The notes under the pieces are model-generated. The model searched no databases. It was not told where the DNA came from and saw nothing but the letters and a program-made list of their open reading frames with translations. The translations under genes were made by a program, and so were the position numbers. A stretch of 64,000 nucleotides of DNA, taken from positions 7,519 to 71,518 of the forward strand of contig JAFTPV010000005.1 of NCBI GenBank assembly GCA_017463125.1, read 5' to 3'. Each line of letters starts with the position of its first letter. Within the stretch, counting starts at the first letter, position 1. Below are positions 50,028 through 58,812 of this stretch, in pieces. Origin of the DNA: Clostridia bacterium. GTDB taxonomy: Bacteria > Bacillota > Clostridia > Oscillospirales > CAG-272.

Positions 50028-53000
50028 TTAGTATTTTGTCCAAGCGTCATCGGTAGAGTCATTTCCGCCGAAAAGCTCGTCGTCGGTTTCGGGAACGGGT
50101 GGTGTGTTGCTTTCTCCACCCTCGGTGTCGGGGTTGTTGTTATCATTGTCCGAGCCGCTTTCGTTACCCGTGCCACCCGGATTTTCCGTTCCGCCTTGCT
50201 CTCCGGAGCCACCTTGGTTGCCGGAACCGCCTTGGTTGTCTGAGCCGCCTTGATTGTCCGATTCTTCATTATCGGGGGCTTCTGTAAGATTATCGGTAGC
50301 AAACGAAACATTATCAAGCAGCATCCTTGCATCAACATCACCGTATGTGTAAAGCCTTACGTTGTCAAGGTTTTCAGGTAAAATGGGATTGGTGCCCGAA
50401 AGGGCATCTCCCACATAGCTGTTGTTTGCGAATATTCTGACCGCTGAGATACCTGTATCGGCAATGTAGTATTCAAGTCTGAGATTTACCCATTCACCTG
50501 TGCTTGCGACAGTGATATGCTGTTTCGACTGTCCCTTCGGAGTCACGTTCAGAACCTCAACCGCACCTCCATCGGTATATCTGATTTCAAGGCAGAATGC
50601 CGAATCCTTGGCAGGGGTATCACCCTTACGGAAGTAAAGCTGATAAACGCTTCTGCCGCCCAATACGTTGGAGTCAATTTTAAGGTCAAGGGTGAATACC
50701 GCAACACTCTTATTGTCTGTGTTTATCTTCTTGAACACCAAGGCATCATTATTACCCTTTGTGCTGTTAAAGGCGAGAACCTTTGATGCAACCAGGTTTC
50801 TCACCGCCTCTTCAACGGTTACTCTGCCGCCAAGAGATTTAAGAGTGGGAGTTATACCGCTTGGGATATTTCCCGTAAAGCTGCTTTCGAATGTCAGAAG
50901 CTTATTTCCGTTTTCGGAGTTTTCTGCCTCTGATTTGCTTTCCTTATACACCTTGGTATAGCTTTCGGCTATCATGCCGTTGAAGTAGAGCGAGGAATCG
51001 GTAAGCAACTCAAGCTTAATCGAAGTAAGATCGCTTTGAGCAAACTCTTCCTCGTATATGAGGCTTGAATTCGCTACAAACACATCATTAATAAACAGTT
51101 TTGTGATGTTTTGCGTGGTGTAATACTCGAATGAGAAGAGTGCCTTGTCTGTAATTTCAAAGCTAAAGAGCATAGATGCGTATCTTCCCTTGGCTTTTGT
51201 AACCTCGTACACCATGACTTTTGTTTCTGTTGTTACAATATCGTATGCCAAAGCGATATCACCGTTTGCCTTGATAAGACTTATACGGTATGCTCCGCTT
51301 TGAGATTTATTTTTGTATAGCTCGGTAGAGAATATTACGGTTTTACAGCCGTTATCTCGTCTGTTTAGAGGAATAATAATATTCGACCCTGTACCTGTAA
51401 GGTTAAGAAGCCTATCTGCACCAACGGACACTATCTCACCGCCATTTACGGTTACACCCTCGGGAAGCTGATTATCAAAATCAACCTCTTCGGAGTCTCC
51501 CTCCGGTTCGATTGCCTCGTCAAGACTCTTTTTTATTCTCTCGGAGTAAAGGTCATCGATCATAAGACCGTTTACGCCCGAGCTTCCGACGATTTCAAGC
51601 TTTGCCGCCTTGTAAAGCGCAGCATTCGAGCAAACACTCTGGCTTATGGCAGCTATCTCACCGTCTATATAAAACACAGTTGCTTTGCCGCTTTCAAAAT
51701 ATTCCGCCTTGAGAACAAAGCTTTCTCCAATAGGCATTTTGTAGCAGTCTGTATACGAGCCGAGGGTGCCGTTAGGATATTCTCTTATGCTAAGAGTCCT
51801 CGTCTCACCGGAAGCCTCAATTTCAATAATAAATCTTGCAACAGGCTTGCCTCTCGAATTAGACTCGCTCATATTAAGCTCAAGAGTAGCCTTTCCCGAA
51901 AGAGACGTGAGAATAAAACGCATCTCGTTTGACATGCACACAGCTCCCGCAGCTCCGGTCACAGAATAAACCGATAGAGAGGATGCATCAGCCGATGCAA
52001 ATTTCAGAGCCTTTGTCGCATCTCCGTCTGCGATAGTATCGGATAACTCAAATGCTCCGTCAATTGCAAGTCCATCCTTAAGCTTATCAAGGCTGTCTAT
52101 CGTCTCAAAATCGTGAGTTACTCTGTCTTTGCCTTTGGCATCAACGTTTATTGGCAGATCGGCACTGGGCACTGCCTTATAGAGGTCGTTGGTTCTGTAA
52201 AGGCAAACATTATCCATAAGGAATGACGCTGCCTCTGTGGAAAGAACTGCAATTCTCGTGTTGTTAAACACATTTGTAGGTACAGATTCGCCTTCTGTTA
52301 TCTTGATGCTGTTAGCGTCATAATAGTTATCGCTTACCGCCGCCAGCTTTCCGTTATAATATACCTTGATACGAACACTATTATGGTCTCCGTTGTAGTA
52401 TTCAACCTTGAGATTAAACCACTCGCCGATTTTCGGAGTTATTCCAAGCTCGTTTTCGATATACAGTGAGTGATTTCCGGTGGAGCTGTCCCAAACGTTG
52501 ACGGTATCTCCCGTGACCTTAAAGCAAAGCATATATGCCGTGCCCATAATAAGCTGTACTGTGTAGCTTTCATCTGAGGATGTGATGCACATATCCCCCT
52601 CAAATACCTGGCAGGATTCGCTTGAAGCTATACTATTTTGAATATTGAAGAGAACTCTGTCATATCCGTCATCTGTAGATCTAACCTCAAGAACGTTTCC
52701 TTCGCCGCGTTCGTCATTAACAACTCCGATAAATCCGCCCGAAGAAGCAAGAGACGAAATCTCAACGCCTTGCGGAAGCTCCAATCCGTCATCGAATGTT
52801 ATAGGTTCTCTTGGATCGCCTACTTCATCCTTTATAACAGGGTCAAGCTCTTCCATAATAGAAAGGAAAATCGCAGATTCAGCTTTTCCGTACTGCTTTG
52901 GAGCATAACTCGCAAGTCCAAGTGCCGCAAGGCAACGCTCAATAGTACCATTTGCGCATAAAGAGGTTGCGTTTACGTCGCCCTCGTTGGTGTTTGCAAG

Positions 53001-54818
53001 AGTAACCTTAAGTCCTTGGCTGTATTCTGCGGCCTTGTCAGGCTCGAAGGAGAAGGAGCCGTCCTTCTTTTTGAAGGTGAGCTGCTTTTGTGCCGAAATT
53101 CTGATAGCCTCCGGCGCCATTTCCAGAAGACGCGCGCGAGTTTTTTCGGCAAGAAGGCGGTCCTCGTCGGTTTTTGCATGAGTCGTTATGTTCGCTTGCA
53201 GCTCCGCAAGAGCGTACCAGACGTTGTAAACGTAGCACACCGTCTTTACCTCATCTTTTGAGGTAAGCATGGTGATACAGGATTCAACGGCAAGGTCTGC
53301 ATTCGGGAATACCTTACCGAATGTATTATAGGTTGGAATTATTTTGAGTAGCGCGTTTGTCGCGTCATAGTTTACGCCGTTATCCCAGAGTCCCGTTGAC
53401 TTGTTCTGGTGGTCGTTAAACCAGCTTATAAGAATGTCACAGAGGGAATAGTCGGCAGAAAGCTCTTTATCACGGTTTTGAATTTCCTTTGCCTGAGAGC
53501 CTATCTCGTTTCCTATTTCATAGAAGGATTTTTTGCCTTCCTTATTGAGCTTGCTCAATTCATCAAGATAACCCATAAAGCTAACCTTGTCAACAAGGTG
53601 CTCTGTAGTCGTCTGCGCTACCGGTACGACCGACGAAACGGCCGCTACACGCGAGGTCGACAGCCGCATAGTAAGCGCGGAGGCCTGTTCGGGATACGAT
53701 AAAGAAGAGCCGTCAGGCAAAATTCCGTCTCCCTTATCGCCAAGCGGAGTGTCATAGGTTGGCTTGTAACCGAAAAGTGCGAGAGTGGATACCGATTTTG
53801 TCAGGTCTCTCGCCCTGCGTGACAGGTGCTTGTCGACATCCGATTTTTGCCATTGCGGATGGTAGAAATAACCGCTCTTTGGGTCTTGCAGACTTTTTGT
53901 GAAATGTACGATCTGTCTCTGTATTGTCTCGGGGAGCTTATCTCGCATATCGGTAGCGTCGTCAAAGAGCCCTGTGGCAATAGCGAAGGTGAGAGCCTGG
54001 TTCGTTGATTCAGCATCCGGTAGATAACCTACAGTGTTACGCGCGGTATTAGAGTAATAGAAGCCTCCGCCACCGCAGTATATAGTGCTTTGACATTCGC
54101 CCTCACAAACGCAGATAACAGGCTCATAAAGGTTTGCAAGCCAGGAAACAATATCATTTGTTGTAAGTGCATCGTAATAGAATTTTACGGCTTCGGCAAT
54201 AGCCGCACCGTCGCCGCCTGCCTTGTCAGCCTCTTCTATAAAGTTTTCCCAAGCCACAGCGTCGTTTGCATCATCTATTGCCTGTTGGTATTCAATAGGG
54301 TCAACAAAGGCATAGCTTACTATTCCTGAGCCTAGGCTCAAGGTACGCTTGTCGCCCACAATATCGGAAATTAAGTATTTGCATGCTGTGGTTTCGGCTG
54401 CGCCTATTCCGTATTTATCGTTTTGATAGGCTATCGCAAGAGAAAGGCCATCGGAATAAATGAGATAACCGCTCTCATCCTCCGAATCACCTTCTGTTCT
54501 TTCAAGAAGACTGTATGCTCTCTCTGAAATATCCGTTTCAACATCACCAATATGTATTTCGTGCTTTCCGGTGGATCTGTCCGGGGTTTTCATCCTTGGA
54601 CTGTATCCCAAAAGTGAGGTCAACTCTTCTCTTATAAGGTCTACTCCGGGAGAAAGCTCATTTATTATCAGAGTAACACTCTCTTCAGGCGAAAATATCA
54701 CGCTGTCCGATGAAGAACCGGAGCCTGCGCCAGCCTCGTTTCCTGCGGTACAGGAAATAAGAGTCAGCATCAAAAGCATTAAACAAAGGGCAAGCGTGGT
54801 TGCTTTTCTTATAGTCAT
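50028..54818 (-). CDS. Giant lipoprotein, cassette 2 gene A (domain X, beta-sandwich modules, Gly-rich linker, peptide-like tail)
   Basis: Start reassigned to MTIRK (AGGAGG RBS), 1596 aa; lipobox LISC; collinear with the N-terminal two-thirds of 13813..20637; NQGGS repeats; ends LFGGNDSTDDAWTKY. Confidence 0.85.
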   Translation of the reverse strand: MTIRKATTLALCLMLLMLTLISCTAGNEAGAGSGSSSDSVIFSPEESVTLIINELSPGVDLIREELTSLLGYSPRMKTPDRSTGKHEIHIGDVETDISERAYSLLERTEGDSEDESGYLIYSDGLSLAIAYQNDKYGIGAAETTACKYLISDIVGDKRTLSLGSGIVSYAFVDPIEYQQAIDDANDAVAWENFIEEADKAGGDGAAIAEAVKFYYDALTTNDIVSWLANLYEPVICVCEGECQSTIYCGGGGFYYSNTARNTVGYLPDAESTNQALTFAIATGLFDDATDMRDKLPETIQRQIVHFTKSLQDPKSGYFYHPQWQKSDVDKHLSRRARDLTKSVSTLALFGYKPTYDTPLGDKGDGILPDGSSLSYPEQASALTMRLSTSRVAAVSSVVPVAQTTTEHLVDKVSFMGYLDELSKLNKEGKKSFYEIGNEIGSQAKEIQNRDKELSADYSLCDILISWFNDHQNKSTGLWDNGVNYDATNALLKIIPTYNTFGKVFPNADLAVESCITMLTSKDEVKTVCYVYNVWYALAELQANITTHAKTDEDRLLAEKTRARLLEMAPEAIRISAQKQLTFKKKDGSFSFEPDKAAEYSQGLKVTLANTNEGDVNATSLCANGTIERCLAALGLASYAPKQYGKAESAIFLSIMEELDPVIKDEVGDPREPITFDDGLELPQGVEISSLASSGGFIGVVNDERGEGNVLEVRSTDDGYDRVLFNIQNSIASSESCQVFEGDMCITSSDESYTVQLIMGTAYMLCFKVTGDTVNVWDSSTGNHSLYIENELGITPKIGEWFNLKVEYYNGDHNSVRIKVYYNGKLAAVSDNYYDANSIKITEGESVPTNVFNNTRIAVLSTEAASFLMDNVCLYRTNDLYKAVPSADLPINVDAKGKDRVTHDFETIDSLDKLKDGLAIDGAFELSDTIADGDATKALKFASADASSLSVYSVTGAAGAVCMSNEMRFILTSLSGKATLELNMSESNSRGKPVARFIIEIEASGETRTLSIREYPNGTLGSYTDCYKMPIGESFVLKAEYFESGKATVFYIDGEIAAISQSVCSNAALYKAAKLEIVGSSGVNGLMIDDLYSERIKKSLDEAIEPEGDSEEVDFDNQLPEGVTVNGGEIVSVGADRLLNLTGTGSNIIIPLNRRDNGCKTVIFSTELYKNKSQSGAYRISLIKANGDIALAYDIVTTETKVMVYEVTKAKGRYASMLFSFEITDKALFSFEYYTTQNITKLFINDVFVANSSLIYEEEFAQSDLTSIKLELLTDSSLYFNGMIAESYTKVYKESKSEAENSENGNKLLTFESSFTGNIPSGITPTLKSLGGRVTVEEAVRNLVASKVLAFNSTKGNNDALVFKKINTDNKSVAVFTLDLKIDSNVLGGRSVYQLYFRKGDTPAKDSAFCLEIRYTDGGAVEVLNVTPKGQSKQHITVASTGEWVNLRLEYYIADTGISAVRIFANNSYVGDALSGTNPILPENLDNVRLYTYGDVDARMLLDNVSFATDNLTEAPDNEESDNQGGSDNQGGSGNQGGSGEQGGTENPGGTGNESGSDNDNNNPDTEGGESNTPPVPETDDELFGGNDSTDDAWTKY

Positions 54819-54992
54819 AATTGACCTCCTTGAAATCTGTTTTTTGTTTTCTGATTTAATTTTAGCACCTACAAAAGCGTTTTTACATATCTTAATGTGT
54901 CTAAACAATTTCATTTTGTTGTTTCGCCTTGATTTTGATATTTTATTATGTTAACCTAAAAATAACATCAATAAACAACTGTGAGGTTATAT

Positions 54993-55760
54993 ATGAAATC
55001 TTTAGTGATAGATATAGATATGGCTGATGATATAACCGACATTATCCCTAAAGCTATAGGATATGACAGCTGTTCTGTACCGGAAGCCTATGAACGATAT
55101 CTTGCTGATCACTATATTATGCACATCTGTCTCTCAGGATCGGATGTGCTGAAAATAGATGGAAACGAGCACACCATAAGTGCGGGAGAAATGTTTGTCA
55201 ATCGCCCCGGGCAAAGACCTTTTTGCAGCCACAAAGCCTCCGAATGTTATGTTTGGGTAGCATTTTGCGGAAAACGCGCTCAACTTTTTAGCGAACCCAT
55301 GAAAATAAAAAAAGCTCCATCGGGAATTGCACACCACCTAATGGATCTTTTGGAATCAAAGGAAAAGGCGCCGGATATATATGCTTCTATAATTTTGGAA
55401 GTGCTGTACACATTCTACACAAAAACAGTCTCATCACATGACAAGATTTCTGAAGTCCGTAATTATATAAAAGACAATCCGATAGGATTTATGACAGTCA
55501 ATGATATTGCCGCAAAATTTGGATTTGAACGTAGCTATCTTCACAGAATTTTTAAGCAAAGATATGGGATAAGCATAAAGCAATTTATACTAGACACAAA
55601 AATGATACGAGCAAAAGCGCTGCTGGAAAACGGTAATTCGGTTCTTGAAGTTGCGTACATTGTAGGCTATTCAACGGAGTTTAATTTTTCAAGAGCTTTT
55701 AAGCAATATTACGGTGTTGCTCCAAGCGTTTTGAAAACCGAAAAAATCGATAGTAAGTAG
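54993..55760 (+). CDS. AraC-family regulator (divergent from cassette 2)
   Basis: FGFERSYLHRIFK...VGYSTEFNFSRAFKQYYGVAPS; paralog of 41357..42109. Confidence 0.9.
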   Translation: MKSLVIDIDMADDITDIIPKAIGYDSCSVPEAYERYLADHYIMHICLSGSDVLKIDGNEHTISAGEMFVNRPGQRPFCSHKASECYVWVAFCGKRAQLFSEPMKIKKAPSGIAHHLMDLLESKEKAPDIYASIILEVLYTFYTKTVSSHDKISEVRNYIKDNPIGFMTVNDIAAKFGFERSYLHRIFKQRYGISIKQFILDTKMIRAKALLENGNSVLEVAYIVGYSTEFNFSRAFKQYYGVAPSVLKTEKIDSK

Positions 55761-55828
55761 TTTTTTAACACAAAATCAGCTTGCTAAAGCCAAACAAGCG
55801 AACAAAAAATTTTATCACATGAAACAAA

Positions 55829-55869
55829 GAAAACCGATGTCAGAAATTCAATCTAACATCGGTTTTTTA
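55829..55869 (+). terminator. Terminator after AraC
   Basis: AAAACCGATGT...ACATCGGTTTT followed by T-run. Confidence 0.7.
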
Positions 55870-56113
55870 TCAAATTATGTTTTACAAAAAATGCGAATAT
55901 TATATGAAGAAGCTCTTTAAATCCAAAAGCAAATATGGTATAATGATATCATAAAATTTTATTTGGCGGAAACAAATATTTACCCCCGGGAAATGCAAAA
56001 TCATATTGCTTTTGATATTAGCAAGCATAGCGTCGGGCTACCCTACTCTGCCCGACACTAAAAATGCGGGAGACACGCACCCCTTATTAAAACCGAAAAA
56101 AAGGATTGAAAAA

Positions 56114-56407
56114 ATGAATTTAGAAACAATAAAAAACAGGCTCAAAACCTTACTTACAGATAAATCCTCGGGCATTCAACCGGAGTTTCAAAAACAGCTT
56201 TCGGACATAGTAAAACGCATTGAAAATTTTCTCCGCGACAATAGCGGTGAGTGCGATATTCCCGATGATTTAATAAAAGAAATTGCGAGGTGTCTTGTGC
56301 CCGATATAATCGCATTTTTTGAAACCGAAGAAGCGAAACGCGAATTCGAGGCGTGGAAGCTCGATAAAGAAAAACATAATACGAATAGAACAATTAAAAA
56401 GGACTGA
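56114..56407 (+). CDS. Small hypothetical protein of the integrative element
   Basis: 97 aa from MNLETIK (AGGA RBS); C-terminal ARCLVPDIIAFFETEEAKREFEAWK resembles small ORFs I recall near Bacillota serine recombinases (unverified). Confidence 0.6.
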   Translation: MNLETIKNRLKTLLTDKSSGIQPEFQKQLSDIVKRIENFLRDNSGECDIPDDLIKEIARCLVPDIIAFFETEEAKREFEAWKLDKEKHNTNRTIKKD

Positions 56408-56415
56408 CATGTAAT

Positions 56416-57609
56416 ATGGCAAAAAAAGGATTTGAACTTAAAACTATCACAAGGTTGATTTCATCAGACTCAGACAAGCCTAACTGGTCTTTATGCGTTG
56501 GAGCAGGCATTTCGATACCTATATTTCCATCATGGTACGCATTGGCAAAAAACTTAGCCAATACGCTAATACCTGGATCGGATTTGGATGAAGAAATGTT
56601 AACCGATCTCGCATTTTCTGCAGATGCCTTGATTCAAATGGTTAAAAACAAAACCAAAATTTCAGATAAAGACTTTGCCATCAAGATGAGTGAAATTCTA
56701 TATTCTGATTTTAAAGAAAAAATAGAACCTAACGACTGGCCTGCGATTGTCAAAATTTTAGAAGCAAATCATTTGTCAAAAATAACTGCAAAAGAGTGGG
56801 ATGTATTTAACAAATATAGGGATACCGTTTTAAAAAACACAACATCTAGCGTAATCGCTAAATCTGTTTTCAAAGCAATTGAAGCCGGAATATCTCCAAA
56901 ATCAATATTGTCTTTTAATGCCGAACCACTTCTTTTGGTTATGCTAAACTCTTTATTAATGCAAAGTAAAACCGACGAAGATCATCCTATACCCAAGCAA
57001 TTGTTTAACAAGGTTACCGGTAGCCTTTCAAACCAAAACGACAAACGAATACAATATGTTTTTTGTCATGGTTTGCTTCCGTTGTCAAACAAGAGTGATA
57101 AATTTACATATTCGACCGAAAAACTAGTTTTTTCAGAAGAAGAATATCTTCAGATAGCAAACAACTCGTTTTCGTGGCAGGCAACAACTTTTATAAACAC
57201 ATGTACAACACAACATATAATTTTCATAGGAACATCTTTAACAGATCCAAACATGAGAAGGTGGCTTAGTTGGACTCATTCAAACCGTTTGAATGAGATG
57301 AAAGAATACAACTTGAATGTAGAAGATAGCACACAACATTATTGGATAAAAGAAAAACCTAAAAATAGAGATTTGATGCCTTGGATAGAATCTGCAGTTT
57401 CACATTTAGGAGTAAGATTGATATGGTTGGATAGTTGGTCACAAGCTGGTGAAGCACTAGAGTTGGCTTTAGGTTTAAGAAAAAGAGAAGCAGCACCTAA
57501 AATAAATAAAACCTACAAAAAGAAAAATAATAATCAACAACGAAGAAAGACACACTCTAAAAAAGACAATGTAAAACATCGAAACAACAAAAAGAACGAG
57601 GCAAGATAG
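56416..57609 (+). CDS. SIR2-like (SIR2_2) domain protein, possible anti-phage defence
   Basis: LCVGAGIS...PSW, SFNAE, HG, SEEEY, FIGTSLTDPNMRR motifs; visibly AT-rich. Confidence 0.8.
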   Translation: MAKKGFELKTITRLISSDSDKPNWSLCVGAGISIPIFPSWYALAKNLANTLIPGSDLDEEMLTDLAFSADALIQMVKNKTKISDKDFAIKMSEILYSDFKEKIEPNDWPAIVKILEANHLSKITAKEWDVFNKYRDTVLKNTTSSVIAKSVFKAIEAGISPKSILSFNAEPLLLVMLNSLLMQSKTDEDHPIPKQLFNKVTGSLSNQNDKRIQYVFCHGLLPLSNKSDKFTYSTEKLVFSEEEYLQIANNSFSWQATTFINTCTTQHIIFIGTSLTDPNMRRWLSWTHSNRLNEMKEYNLNVEDSTQHYWIKEKPKNRDLMPWIESAVSHLGVRLIWLDSWSQAGEALELALGLRKREAAPKINKTYKKKNNNQQRRKTHSKKDNVKHRNNKKNEAR

Positions 57610-57622
57610 CCTCGTTCTTTTT
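57589..57622. terminator. Bidirectional terminator
   Basis: AAAAAGAACGAGGC / GCCTCGTTCTTTTT. Confidence 0.8.
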
Positions 57623-57689
57623 GCATTTACACATAAAAAACAAATCCGAACCACTTATCTGTTACGAAGTAGTTCGGATATGTTTTGTT

Positions 57690-57764
57690 TGGTGACGCGT
57701 ACGGGAATCGAACCCATGTTACAGCCGTGAAAGGGCCGTGTCTTAACCGCTTGACCAACGCGCC
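57690..57764 (-). tRNA. tRNA-Glu(TTC)
   Basis: GGCGCGTTGGTCAAGCGGTTAAGACACGGCCCTTTCACGGCTGTAACATGGGTTCGATTCCCGTACGCGTCACCA; cloverleaf with CCA end. Confidence 0.96.
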
Positions 57765-57797
57765 GAAAAATATCCGCCGCCATTTTAGCGGCGGATT

Positions 57798-57874
57798 TGG
57801 TAGCGGATGTCGGATTTGAACCAACGACCTACCGGGTATGAACCGGGCGCTCTAGCCAGCTGAGCTAATCCGCC
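57798..57874 (-). tRNA. tRNA-Met(CAT), elongator type
   Basis: GGCGGATTAGCTCAGCTGGCTAGAGCG...TTCATAC...GGTTCAAATCC...CCGCTACCA; paired first base, no GGG/CCC initiator stem. Confidence 0.93.
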
Positions 57875-57907
57875 ATAAAGTCATGCCTAGGATTTTCGTG
57901 CTTTGAT

Positions 57908-57936
57908 ATTATAGCATATCAAAACTCAAAAGTCAA
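57908..57936 (-). promoter_or_regulatory. Sigma-A promoter of the tRNA operon
   Basis: TTGACT-17 nt-TATAAT with extended TG. Confidence 0.8.
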
Positions 57937-57985
57937 TACTTTTTTGAAAGTTTTTTTGCAACAGGCGCTTTTATTTGCCTTTTAC

Positions 57986-58014
57986 TTGACAAATATATAT
58001 AAAAATGGTAAAAT
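57986..58014 (+). promoter_or_regulatory. Sigma-A promoter of amidohydrolase-rnc
   Basis: TTGACA-17 nt-TAAAAT with extended TG. Confidence 0.75.
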
Positions 58015-58044
58015 TTATTGATAGAAAAATGCATGGAGCAATAT

Positions 58045-58812
58045 ATGAACTTAGAAATTATTGATTTTCACACTCACCCCTTCACTACCCCCTCGGAAAA
58101 CTTCTGCTTTTTCCCCGGAAGCGTTACAACGGACGGAGATTTTCTCTCCGACCTTGCCTCTGCGGGCATCGGCAGATTTGCGGGCAGTATCATAGATAAA
58201 CAAAACAAGGACTTTGCATCTATCGTTCGTGCTAACAGGCGCGCTATTGAGCTTGGGGAGCGATACGGAGATAAATATATCCCGGGTATACACGTTCACC
58301 CCGACTACGTTTCAGAGTCGGAAAACGAGATAAACTCGGCTTGGGAGCTGGGTGTGCGCCTTGTCGGAGAGCTTGTGCCGTATCATCACGGATACAGCTA
58401 CGACCACTGTGGCTTACACGAGATTTTTGAGTGCCTTGGGGGACGTGATATGACGGTGAGTATTCACTCAACCGATAGCGACCTTCCGCTAATGGAGAAG
58501 CTCGCGGCAGAGCACAAGGACGTAACCTTTGTTTTTGCCCACCCGGGTGACCTACCTAGAGTAAAAAATCATATTGAAGTTATGCGTCGGTGCGAGAACG
58601 TGTATCTCGACCTCTCGGGCACGGGTCTTTTCCGCTACGGAATGTTAAAGCATCTTGTGGACTCTGTCGGAGCTGAAAGGATACTCTTCGGCACGGATTA
58701 CCCGATATGCAACCCGGAGATGTACGTACACGCGGTCCTCTTTGAAAAAATCAGCGACAGAGAAAAGGAGCTTATCTTCGCAGGAAATGCAAAACGGCTC
58801 TTAAAACTATAA
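58045..58812 (+). CDS. Amidohydrolase_2-family metallohydrolase
   Basis: IIDFHTH, GE, IH, FAHPG, VYLDLSG, RILFGTDYP. Confidence 0.9.
   Translation: MNLEIIDFHTHPFTTPSENFCFFPGSVTTDGDFLSDLASAGIGRFAGSIIDKQNKDFASIVRANRRAIELGERYGDKYIPGIHVHPDYVSESENEINSAWELGVRLVGELVPYHHGYSYDHCGLHEIFECLGGRDMTVSIHSTDSDLPLMEKLAAEHKDVTFVFAHPGDLPRVKNHIEVMRRCENVYLDLSGTGLFRYGMLKHLVDSVGAERILFGTDYPICNPEMYVHAVLFEKISDREKELIFAGNAKRLLKL

Larger units (their letters stand above)
42465..57695. mobile_element. ~15.2-kb integrative element at the tRNA-Glu 3' end (serine recombinase)
   Basis: TGGTGA direct repeat at 42465-42470 and 57690-57695; inside-end arms ATATCCGAACT (42484-42494) and AGTTCGGATAT (57671-57681) form a perfect inverted repeat in the reconstructed attP. 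Confidence 0.8.

Noticed and set aside
50000-50341. 113-aa alternative-frame ORF over the lipoprotein tail
   Set aside because: Frame-shifted reading of the low-complexity GGS repeat linker; no independent support
57627-57824. 65-aa ORF as an independent gene
   Set aside because: Overlaps both tRNAs; only its last 20 codons are meaningful, as the alternative integrase tail
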